64,000 nt of DNA, from contig OZ218957.1 in assembly GCA_965112735.1 (NCBI GenBank), positions 1,550,001 through 1,614,000 of the forward strand, written 5' to 3'. This document shows positions 46,001-56,367 of the stretch, one piece after another (the first letter of the stretch is position 1; the number at the start of each line of letters is the position of its first letter). The stretch is from Phaeosaccion multiseriatum. Taxonomy: Eukaryota > Protista > Ochrophyta, other classes. The notes beneath the pieces were generated by a model that searched no databases, was not told the origin of the DNA, and saw only the letters and a program-made list of their open reading frames with translations. Both the position numbers and the translations under genes were made by a program.

Positions 46001-47729
46001 CTGCTCCTTGGCCCTTCCAGTAGTTGACCCTCCGGTAGGTCAGCAGCATGGCTGTGCTGATCTCCTCTCTGGTGACGTCGTTGCCATTCTCGGGGTGCTC
46101 CTGCACCTGGGTTCTGGCGTACTCCCTGGCTGCTGTTGCTGCTGTGTTGATCTCTTCGAGGCTCTCGTCGACGTGCGCTTGCTGGAGGCGTCGAAAGGTC
46201 TCGTGTGTGGGAGGGAGGTGGCCGTCTCTGCTCTTTGTGCTGAGCCTCGCCGCGGCCTTGTGCAGGCCTCCGGGTTTGGTGAGCAGGTGGGCGCAGGTTT
46301 CTCTCCGTCGCTCCTCTGTCTGTGCCTGTGCTGGGGGTGGTGGGCGGCGTGCGTGTGCTGTGGCTATCGCTGCTTGTGCGAGTGGGGCGATGTCGAGGTC
46401 GAGGACCATCTGTATCCGCTGCTGGCGGCTGTAGGCTCCGTCTTTAGAGAAGAGCATGGCAGGGAGGAGGTGGTGGAAGACATCCCATGCCAGAAGGGTG
46501 TGGAGGGTGGCGTCGGTGGGTCCGTTCTTGTGGGCCCTCAGCGCCCTGTTCCAGTTGTTGAGCGCTCTTTGCTGTAAGCTGATAATCAAGCTTACGTGGC
46601 GGGGGTTGCACTGCGCTACTGTCTCAAACACGAGTGTTGAGAGGATGGTACCCTGCGGGTCCAGGGCCCCTAGGCGGAGGACGTTTGGGTGCTGCATGGG
46701 CCATCCTTCCTCGGGTGTATCGTCGTTGGCTGGCCCTTCTCCGTCCCCTCCGTCCCCGCCGCTACCTCCTTGGCCTCTGCTCCGTCCTCCTCCCCCTCGT
46801 CTCGCTGCTGCTGCTGTGGTTCCTTGCGTGCGTGTGCTATCTCCCCCTGCCCTTTCTCTCTGAGGTCCCCTCTCTGCTGCTGCTCCTTGTCCGTTTCCTT
46901 CCCCCTCCCTCGTCCTCCTCTTCGTCCTTCTACTCCACTTGGCGCTGCTGCGATTGCTCCTCCTCCTCCTCCTCCTCCTTCCGCGTGCCCTCGCCCTCCT
47001 CCTCTGCCCGTGGGGGTGGTGGGTTGGTACGGGTTGAGCCTGGCCGTTGCTGTCGTGTGCTGGGGCGTTGCCGTACGCGACGGGTCCTCGTTTGGGTCTG
47101 GGCCTAGATAGGCGTTCTCGAGGTCGTTGAGGGGGCCTTGGTAGGCCGATGCTGCGTTGCCTTGGGTGAGGATGGTCCTGAGGGCGGGGATGGCTCGTTG
47201 AGCTTGGTAGCCAGCCATGCAGCCTTGCGCGGGGCAGGGGAGGTTGCCTGGTGGTATGACGGGCTGCTGGTTGGCTCTCCTCAGTGTGGCTTGGTCGTTC
47301 AGGTGGTGAAGGAGGCACGCGGGGTGAACGGTGTGTTGGCAGCGTCGGGTGCGTACTGGCCACTCCGTGGTTGGTGCGATGAAAGGGGGGTCCGCGTCAG
47401 ACATGCATATGCAGCATATCGGGGCTGGGGGGGCGGTAGGTTGGGGTGGGGGTGTGTGTCGGGTGGTGGGGGGTGGCTGGGACTGGCGGCGCCGTCCTTG
47501 GCTGGCCTGCGCGTGCTGCTGATGCGACTCTCTGCGCTCCCTCGCTAGGCGATCCCTTGCGCGGCCCATAGCTCTCCCTCCTTGTGCTGTGATGGCCTGC
47601 TCGATCGTGTGCCGGTAGCAGGGGTTGCGGCAGTAGGGGCAGAGGTGGTCGTTGCGGTTGGGGTACGTGCTCATGACTCCCAATGCGCAGTGGTTGTGCA
47701 CGTGATGTTCGTCTTCGTGCATGGCGACT

Positions 47730-50315
47730 TGTGGAAAGTCGTGCTTAGACCTCCACGAAACGGACTAGACACACAGATAAGGTAGCAGCACCCCAAAGCT
47801 AGCCTGACAGCCGGCCTTGTATCTATTAGCTTATCTATGCACTGTCCTAAACGACCACCTACAGGAGGATAGTGAGAAACGGGCACCGTTTCTCACTGCG
47901 TTGCCTAGGCCTGGGCCACTGACATACGACTGACTTTCCACATCCCCGTCAGCCATCCCTGCACTTCTAACACTCCCCTGACAAGACTGTTGCGTGTCCC
48001 AACGCAACTCAGGCGTTTTCGCCTACTGAAGCTCGACTGTAGCAAAACCTTTTATGCTGCTTCCAAAAAACCGGATGAGAAATATGCAAAACTCACCCAC
48101 CAGTGTGTGTGTGACTTGGCACTCCACAAGTCACCCTTCCACACACCTGCCACGGCAGGGTGAGAAAGCCCAAGGCCTCAAACTCACCCTCCGTGGCTGC
48201 GCACGACTGCGCTAGCGCTGGCTCGTCCCCACCGTCACCTGCTGTCCCAGCTTTGCAACCGTACGAGGCACTCCCTGCGCGGCCCGCTCCGTTTCCAATT
48301 GCTGCAGCCGATCCTTCAGAGAGTGAGGAGTCCCGTCCCACCCGTCCGGAGGATTCGCTTTAAACTCCTGCTGCCACCGGCGCTGCCTTGCCGGATCACA
48401 CTTCATCGCGTCAATCTCCTGCTGCCACTGGCGCTCCTCCTCAAGCTGCCGCTCTGCCGGATCCCTGACCCCGTCGGGCCTTACCTTGCGCTTCTTCGAC
48501 CGCCGCCCCCTCCTCTTTGGCCGCGCACCAACTTCGGTAGTGGAACCAAGACCACTGAGAACACCATTCACCCGCACTACAGGCTGAGCCACAGCCCGCA
48601 GTGCGTCCTCCCGCTCTTGCCAGTCCCGCACTTGCTGTACCCGCGTGCTCTCCGCTTGAGCCTGCGTGCGTACCTCTTGCAGCTTGCGCTGAGCTTCCTC
48701 AGCCAAGGCAGCTTGCTGCGCCTGCTGCCGTCTCTCTTTCTCCCCGACGCGGCGCCTCTCCACCCGCTCCTGAGCCGCACACACACGCGCCCGCTCCAAC
48801 TGTTCCTCCTCCAGCCAAACAGACTCGCGCTCCTGCCGCTCCCGCTCGAGGACCGCAGCAGACACTGACCCCTCTGCAAGCGTGACGCCAGCCTGCTCTA
48901 CCTGCTCCTCCTGAGCCTGCGCTTGCGCCACCCGAAGCAGAGACTGCGCCGCGGCCGCCACCGTCAGCTCTAGCGTCTGCAACTCCTTCGAGGCTCTGCG
49001 CTGTGCTGCCTGCCCTGTCGTCGTCACGGCCTTCACCAGCTGAGCAAGGACGCGCTTGTATTGCTCAGTGCGCTGCACAAGCGTCACCACCACCTGGGAA
49101 GCTGTACCCAAGCCGTACCGCTTCCCTGCATCCACCATCTTCCTCACCATGGCTCCGGTGGTCGGTTCGGTAGGGCAGCGAGAGAGACAGTGCTCCTTCT
49201 TGCAGTGAAAGCACGAAAAGACTTGCCCTGCCCCACAGTCGACCTTAGATCGTTTCTGCTTGCTGCCCGACCCCACCTGTGCAGCAGCTACCTGCACCTC
49301 CGACTGCTGCCTTGGATCCCGACCCAATAGCTGGCCCAGTAGCACCGGAAGTGCTGCAAGGTCCATCCTGATTCCATGCAGCTCCTCCATCAACCGATTG
49401 ACCATGTCGTGATCCCCCATCGGTTCCTCCTGGGACCAGCCAGTACGCTTACTCTGTGCCAGCCGATCGCCGCGCCATGCCGGCATCATCCCTCTTGCTG
49501 CGCCTCTGCAGCTGCTCCCTCCGAGCGTGCCTAATTATGCCTGATATCCGTGCCTGCTGCTGCTGCTGCTGCCTCTGCAGCTGCTGCGGTATCCAACACC
49601 TGCTGCTGCGCCCCCTGCCTCTCCAGCCAAGCCTGCTGTATCTCCTGCCGCTAACCTCTAAATCAGCGGTCCCCTCTGATTAAGTATAGCGGATACCCGT
49701 GCCTCCTGCTGCTGCCCCTGCAGCTGCTGTATCCAATCCTTTGCTGCTGCCCCTGCAGCTGCTCGCCAATCCTTCCGTGCCTCCTGCTGCTGCCCCTGCA
49801 GCTGCTCCTTGCAATATCCCTAGCTACCTCTTGCTGCCGATCCACGGTAGCGCTGCTGTGCCACTCTTTCAAAGCCAAGCAATAAATTCTCCCACAAATA
49901 AATTCTCCCACCGGTTCCCAAGCAAAGCCAAGCCAAGCAAAGCTAATTAAGCTAAACGCCCCTGACGGAGCAAGCTGTGGCGTGTCCGTGCCTTGGACAC
50001 TAACCAAAAACGTCCACGTGCTAGTCTAGCGCACGATGAACTCAAAGCCTCCCTCTGCTGAGCCTATTGGTCAAGTGCCAAACTGTCTTCGAGCTTTGGG
50101 GTTGTGGAAAGTCGTGCTTAGACCTCCACGAAACGGACTAGACACACAGATAAGGTAGCAGCACCCCAAAGCTAGCCTGACAGCCGGCCTTGTATCTATT
50201 AGCTTATCTATGCACTGTCCTAAACGACCACCTACAGGAGGATAGTGAGAAACGGGCACCGTTTCTCACTGCGTTGCCTAGGCCTGGGCCACTGACATAC
50301 GACTGACTTTCCACA
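47730..50315 (-). mobile_element. Non-autonomous gag-only LTR element A (213-bp LTRs at 47730-47942 and 50103-50315)
   Basis: Two TGTGGAAAG...CTTTCCACA direct repeats that appear identical, a purine-rich tract next to the 3' LTR, a single gag-like ORF, and no RT or integrase. Confidence 0.9.
48212..49489 (-). CDS. Gag-like protein (425 aa) with zinc knuckle and long coiled coil
   Basis: CFHCKKEHCLSRC (C-x2-C-x3-H-x4-C, same spacing as the gypsy gag at ~4100), followed by an E/R/Q/A-rich helical region. Confidence 0.7.
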   Translation of the reverse strand: MMPAWRGDRLAQSKRTGWSQEEPMGDHDMVNRLMEELHGIRMDLAALPVLLGQLLGRDPRQQSEVQVAAAQVGSGSKQKRSKVDCGAGQVFSCFHCKKEHCLSRCPTEPTTGAMVRKMVDAGKRYGLGTASQVVVTLVQRTEQYKRVLAQLVKAVTTTGQAAQRRASKELQTLELTVAAAAQSLLRVAQAQAQEEQVEQAGVTLAEGSVSAAVLERERQERESVWLEEEQLERARVCAAQERVERRRVGEKERRQQAQQAALAEEAQRKLQEVRTQAQAESTRVQQVRDWQEREDALRAVAQPVVRVNGVLSGLGSTTEVGARPKRRGRRSKKRKVRPDGVRDPAERQLEEERQWQQEIDAMKCDPARQRRWQQEFKANPPDGWDGTPHSLKDRLQQLETERAAQGVPRTVAKLGQQVTVGTSQR

Positions 50316-50608
50316 TGTTGAAAGTCAGTATTATGTCAATGGCACAGGCCCAGGCAAATACGGTGAGAAACGGTGCGTGGCCCGTTTCTCACTCACCTCC
50401 CAGCAGGTTGGTCGTTTAGGATGGCTCACGGATAAAGCTAATAGAGACAAGGCTGGCTGCCAGGCTGGCTTTGGGGTTGCTATTACCTTGTCCATGCGGC
50501 TACTCCTATCCTAGGTGGAGAGCAACGTGACTCTTTACAACCCCAAAGAATCCCGAAGGCAGCTGACCTTGGCCAAGAGGCTCAGGCAGCAGCTCGGTAG
50601 CTTTGAGT

Positions 50609-51365
50609 TTGCCGGGAGCGGTGCCTTACAGCGGGCATGGCTTTCGAGTGTGGCAGCAGTACGGATGTTGCTGTTACACGGAAATTGCTGCTGGAGCTTG
50701 GTGGGCAGTGGAGATGGAGAATTGCCGGGAGCGGTGCCTTACAGCGGGCACGGCTTTCGAGTGTGGCAGCAGCACGGATGTTGCTGTTACACGGAAATTG
50801 CTGCTGGAGCTTGGTGGGCCGTGGAGATAGAGAATTGCCGGGAGCGGTGCCTTACAGCGGGCACGGCTTTCGAGTGTGGCAGCAGCACGGATGTTGCTGT
50901 TACACGGAAATTGCTGCTGGAGCTTGGTGGGCCGTGGAGATAGAGAATTGCCGGGAGCGGTGCCTTACAGCGGGCATGGCTTTCGAGTGTGGCAGCAGCA
51001 CGGATGTTGCTGTTACACGGAAATTGCTGCTGGAGCTTGGTGGGCCGTGGAGATAGAGAATTGCCGGGAGCGGTGCCTTACAGCGGGCACGGCTTTCGAG
51101 TGTGGCAGCAGCACGGATGTTGCTGTTGCACGGAAATTGCTGCTGGAGCTTGGTGGGCCGTGGAGATAGAGAATTGCCGGGAGTGGTGCCTTAGTCAGCG
51201 GGCATGGCTTTCGAGTGTGGCAGCAGCACGGATGTTGCTGTTGCACGGAAATTGCTGCTGGAGCTTGGTGGGCCGTGGAGATAGAGAATTGCCGAGAGCG
51301 GTGCCCTACAGCGGGCACGGCTTTCGAGTGTGGCAGCAGCGCGGCTGTTGCTGTTGCACGGAGCT
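50609..51365 (+). repeat. 113-115 bp minisatellite, about 7 units, in the first element B unit
   Basis: Unit: ggagatagagaattgccgggagcggtgccttacagcgggcacggctttcgagtgtggcagcagcacggatgttgctgttacacggaaattgctgctggagcttggtgggccgt. Confidence 0.92.
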
Positions 51366-52162
51366 TGGCGGGAGACAGAGAAGGATACTCGCAAGGCTGC
51401 TTTAGGGACTGTCTGGGTGCCTTGTAGGCACACCAGTAAACACTTGAGCAGTCAGCATTAGTGGTGCGCAACGAGGCTTTGGCAACGCTGGTGGCGAGTA
51501 GGAGTGGAGATAGAGAATTGCGCGGGTGAGTTTGAGTCATGGGATGTTCTCATCCGTGAGCCTGTGTGGGTGAGTTTGAGTCGTGGGGTTTTCTCACCAA
51601 TACAGGAGGGTGTGTGTTGGAGGAGCGGTCGCACACACCTGGGTGAGTTTTGCATATTTCTCATCCGTTTTTATTGGAAGCAACATGGAGGCTTTTGCTA
51701 CAAGTCGAGCTTTAGTAGGCGAACCCGCTTTGAGTTGCGTGGGGACACGCAATAGTTTAGTTCAGGGGGATGTTAGAAGTGCAGGGATGGCTGACGGGGA
51801 TGTTGAAAGTCAGTATTATGTCAATGGCCCAGGCCCAGGCAAATACGGTGAGAAACGGTGCGTGGCCCGTTTCTCACTCACCTCCCAGCAGGTTGGTCGT
51901 TTAGGATGGCTCACGGATAAAGCTAATAGAGACAAGGCTGGCTGCCAGGCTGGCTTTGGGGTTGCTATTACCTTGTCCATGCGGCTACTCCTATCCTAGG
52001 TGGAGAGCAACGTGACTCTTTACAACCCCAATGCTATTACCTTGTCCATGCGGCTACTCCTATCCTAGGTGGAGAGCAACGTGACTCTTTACAACCCCAA
52101 AGAATCCCGAAGGCAGCTGACCTTGGCCAAGAGGCTCAGGCAGCAGCTCGGTAGCTTTGAGT

Positions 52163-53380
52163 TTGCCGGGAGCGGTGCCTTACAGCGGGCACGACTTTCG
52201 AGTGTGGCAGCTGCACGGATGTTGCTGTTACACGGAAAATGCTGCTGGAGCTTGGTGGGCAGTGGAGATGGAGAATTGCCGGGAGCGGTGCCTTACAGCG
52301 GGCACGGCTTTCGAGTGTGGCAGCAGCACGGATGTTGCTGTTACACGGAAATTGCTGCTGGAGCTTGGTGGGCCGTGGAGATAGAGAATTGCCGGGAGCA
52401 GTGCCTCACAGCGGGCACGGCTTTCGAGTGTGGCAGCAGCACGGATGTTGCTGTTGCACGGAAATTGCTGCTGGAGCTTGGTGGGCCGTGGAGATAGAGA
52501 ATTGCCGGGAGTGGTGCCTTAGACAGCGGGCATGGCTTTCGAGTGTGGCAGCAGCACGGATGTTGCTGTGGCACGGAAATTGCTGCTGGAGCTTGGTGGG
52601 CGGAGGAGACAGAGAACTGCCGGGAGTGGTGCCTTAGACAGCGGGCATGGCTTTCGAGTGTGGCAGCAGCACGGATGTTGCTGTTACACGGAAATTGCTG
52701 CTGGAGCTTGGTGGGCCGTGGAGATAGAGAATTGCCGGGAGCAGTGCCTCACAGCGGGCACGGCTTTCGAGTGTGGCAGCAGCACGGATGTTGCTGTTGC
52801 ACGGAAATTGCTGCTGGAGCTTGGTGGGCCGTGGAGATAGAGAATTGCCGGGAGTGGTGCCTTAGACAGCGGGCATGGCTTTCGAGTGTGGCAGCAGCAC
52901 GGATGTTGCTGTGGCACGGAAATTGCTGCTGGAGCTTGGTGGGCGGAGGAGACAGAGAACTGCCGGGAGTGGTGCCTTAGACAGCGGGCATGGCTTTCGA
53001 GTGTGGCAGCAGCACGGATGTTGCTGTTACACGGAAATTGCTGCTGGAGCTTGGTGGGCCGTGGAGATAGAGAATTGCCGGGAGTGGTGCCTTAGACAGC
53101 GGGCATGGCTTTCGAGTGTGGCAGCTGCACGGATGTTGCTGTTACACGGAAATTGCTGCTGGAGCTTGGTGGGCCGTGGAGACAGAGAACTGCCGGGAGT
53201 GGCGCCTTAGACAGCGGGCATGGCTTTCGAGTGTGGCAGCAGCACGGATGTTGCTGTTGCACGGAAATTGCTGCTGGAGCTTGGTGGGCCGTGGAGACAG
53301 AGAATTGCCGAGAGCGGTGCCCTACAGCGGGCACGGCTTTCGAGTGTGGCAGCAGCGCGGCTGTTGCTGTTGCACGGAGT
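52163..53380 (+). repeat. 113-115 bp minisatellite, about 11 units, in the second element B unit
   Basis: Same unit at higher copy number, with a 343-bp higher-order duplication (compare ORF ends 52637 and 52980). Confidence 0.92.
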
Positions 53381-56237
53381 TTGGCGGGAGACAGAGAAGG
53401 ATACTCGCAAGGCTGCTTTAGGGACTGTCTGGGTGCCTTGTAGGCACACCAGTAAACACTTGAGCAGTCAGCATTAGTGGTGCGCAACGAGGCTTTGGCA
53501 ACGCTGGTGGCGAGTAGGAGTGGAGATAGAGAATTGCGCGGGTGAGTTTGAGTCATGGGATGTTCTCATCCGTGAGCCTGTGTGGGTGAGTTTGAGTCGT
53601 GGGGTTTTCTCACCAATACAGGAGGGTGTGTGTTGGAGGAGCGGTCGCACACACCTGGGTGAGTTTTGCATATTTCTCATCCGTTTTTATTGGAAGCAAC
53701 ATGGAGGCTTTTGCTACAAGTCGAGCTTTAGTAGGCGAACCCGCTTTGAGTTGCGTGGGGACACGCAATAGTTTAGTTCAGGGGGGTGTTTGAAGTGCAG
53801 GGATGGCTGACGGGGATGTTGAAAGTCAGTATTATGTCAATGGCACAGGCCCAGGCAAATACGGTGAGAAACGGTGCGTGGCCCGTTTCTCACTCACCTC
53901 CCAGCAGGTTGGTCGTTTAGGATGGCTCACGGATAAAGCTAATAGAGACAAGGCTGGCTGCCAGGCTGGCTTTGGGGTTGCTATTACCTTGTCCATGCGG
54001 CTACTCCTATCCTAGGTGGAGAGCAACGTGACTCTTTACAGACTTGTGCTTGGCCAGTGAGCGGTTCCATACACACCGGGCAGTTGGGTAGCTCCTCGTT
54101 GTTGGTGGGGTCGCCTCCTCCTTCTGCTTCGTCACCTCCTCCCTCTGCTTGCCCTTCCCCTCCTTCTGCCGCTGCTTCCCGTGCCAGTGCTGGGCGCTCT
54201 CCTCCGCCTCTGCTGTTTTCGCCCTCTCCCCCCCCTGCTACTACTCTTCCGTCGCGGTCTCCTCGTCCCCCTCCCCTGTGTCCCGCTCGCTCTCCTCTCC
54301 CTTCTCCCTCCGGGTCGTGCTCCCGTGTAGTGTCTGTCCCACCTGCTCTTGTCGGTGGGGGCATGCTGCGAGCTCGTGGTGGGATGGTTGACGATGCCGG
54401 GAGGTGTGCTGCTTCGTATGCTCGTATGCATGTGTGGCATATGGGCTGCCGTAGGCCTGCTTGCGGGAAGCTTCTGAGGAGGGATCTGCCGGAGTTTCTG
54501 TGGGCCAGGTTGCCGCATCCACGTATACAGTCACGTAGCTGATACGTTCTGTTCTGTGGTCCGCTCTGTGGGCCGTTGGCGCGGTACCACAGGATTGACG
54601 CGGCCTGGGGGTGGTGTTCGCGCATCCATCGTTCCCACTCTCGGCCGCGGTTGGGGTGGTGGCTCAACTGGTGCCTGTTGAGGCGGTCTCTGGACCTGCC
54701 GACCGTGACGAAGGTGTCATTGCACTGTTCGAAGTTGCAGAGGACTCCCGTGGCGATGTAGTTGTTGTCAATGTTCCTGCGGTACGCTGTGGTGTTGTTG
54801 TGGGTGTCGTCCGTCTGTGGCGTGGTTGTGTCGCTTTGGGTGGGGGTGTTGGCGGTCCTGGTGCGGTTCCCCGGGGGGCCTGCCTCGTGCGTAAGGCGAG
54901 GGCTTGCCCCGGCGCCCACCACGGTGTGGCCATGGTGTTGGCGAAGGGGGAGGTGGTGGTGTTGTTGGTGTGGTCGCGTAGGGCGTGGCCGTAGCGCTCA
55001 ACGATGGCTTGGACGTCGGGTAATACCGCGATGAGTTCCTCCTGTCGTGAGGCGGTGATGTAGTCGTTGACCAACTCGTTGGAGGTGATCTCTTGGCCTG
55101 CGAGCGTGTGGGCATAGGCCTCTACGATCTGTTGCCATCCAAGGGGGTAATCTCCTCCCCCATGTGGTCTTCCGGGGGTGGTGGGGGGGCCTCCGCTCCT
55201 TAGAGCTTGTCTGAGGAGGGGCATATAGAAGTGCGAGTTGGTAGGCGGGAGCGCCGCGTCGCGCTGGTGGCGTATGGTGTTGCTCCATGTCGTTGGTGCG
55301 TGTCCATGCGTGTCTGTTTCGAGTGATGCTGTCTCTTCCTCGTGCGTCGTGGGGGGTGGTCGTACGAGGTCGGCGATGGCCTCGGCCGTGTTGTGGTGGG
55401 TCAGTTCCGTCGCGGTGAGGTTTAGGCTTGCGAACTCAGCGCTGATGCGTCGGCTGGCGGATGCTGGCGCTTGTTCGTTGAAGAAGAGGTTCGGGTGTTG
55501 CCGTATGGGGGTCGTGGCTGTGAGGTGGGTGTCTTCGTATTCGTCTTGGAGGATGGAGACGATTTGCTCTGTGATCCCGTGTGCGTTTCTGTGAGTTGAC
55601 GCGTTGGTGGTTTGGGCTGGATCTGAGGCTCGGAAAGTGGCGGTTGGCCTTTCCGGGCTGCGTGCTCGGGGGGTCCTGCTTCGTCCCCTTGGCCTCGTGG
55701 TTGGCTGCATGGGTGCTGGGCTGGTCGCTGTGGGGGGTGGTGCTGTTGTAGGGCCTGTTGTCTCGCTGGCGGGCGTGGTAGATCTCCTGGCGGCTGGTGC
55801 TGTTTGTTGCCGTGTCGTTGAGATCGGTTGTGGTTGCTGCTGCTGGGGGTGGGCTTCCGCTGCTGTTGCTGTGGGTTCCGTGAGTGCTGGTGGGAGCTGT
55901 GGGTCCTGCGGGAGGGTGTTGCGGGGTGCTGCGGCCGCTGGTGGAGCCGTGATGGGGGTGGGCACGCCTTCCCGTGCTGGTGTTTGGCGAATTGCTGCTG
56001 CCGCTGCCCGTCTCTCCCTTCTTTCGAGCCGCTGCTGATCGCGGCTCATAGGTGGCTCCTGCTGGGTTGCTGTGAGGTTTGCTGGTGTCTCCTGGGCTCC
56101 GGGGGGCCGCGTGGCCCCCCTGTCGTCCCCTTCCATGGTGGCCCTGTCCGAGGGGTGTGAGAAGAAGCAGGTCCAAGGAGGATTGTGCACTAGGCACGGA
56201 GCTGTGGTCAAGAGGTGTATTGTGGAGGGGTGTGAGA

Positions 56238-56289
56238 TGTATATTAGAGCTTATGGGCTCAGTATTGGAGCGCTCGAGGTAAGTTGTAA
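56238..56289 (-). mobile_element. Copy 10, 52-bp 3'-terminal stub
   Basis: tgtatattagagc...gtaagttgtaa between two target units (56149-56237 and 56290-56366). Confidence 0.85.
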
Positions 56290-56367
56290 GATGTATCGGG
56301 TCCAAGGAAGGTTGTGCACTAGGCATGGAGCTGTGGTCAAGACTTGTACTGTGGAGGGGTGTGAGAA

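Larger units (their letters stand above)
50316..54040 (+). mobile_element. Non-coding LTR element B as a tandem dimer sharing a central LTR (224-bp LTRs at 50316-50539, 51801-52024, 53817-54040)
   Basis: Three TGTTGAAAG...CTTTACA repeats with two near-identical internal regions. The LTR, PBS region and 3' internal region are homologous to element A. Confidence 0.9.
43129..56148 (-). mobile_element. Copy 9, full length (type B), split by a 6.3 kb LTR composite in the first RING coding region
   Basis: Element sequence stops at ...atggcGACT (47729), resumes at GACTtgtgc (54041) and continues to the GACAGGGCCACCATG 5' end (ATG at 56136). Confidence 0.95.

Noticed and set aside
50515-53477. Cys-rich repetitive ORFs in LTR element B
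   Set aside because: The 113-115 bp unit mostly breaks frame from unit to unit, so these are translation artefacts of a minisatellite.
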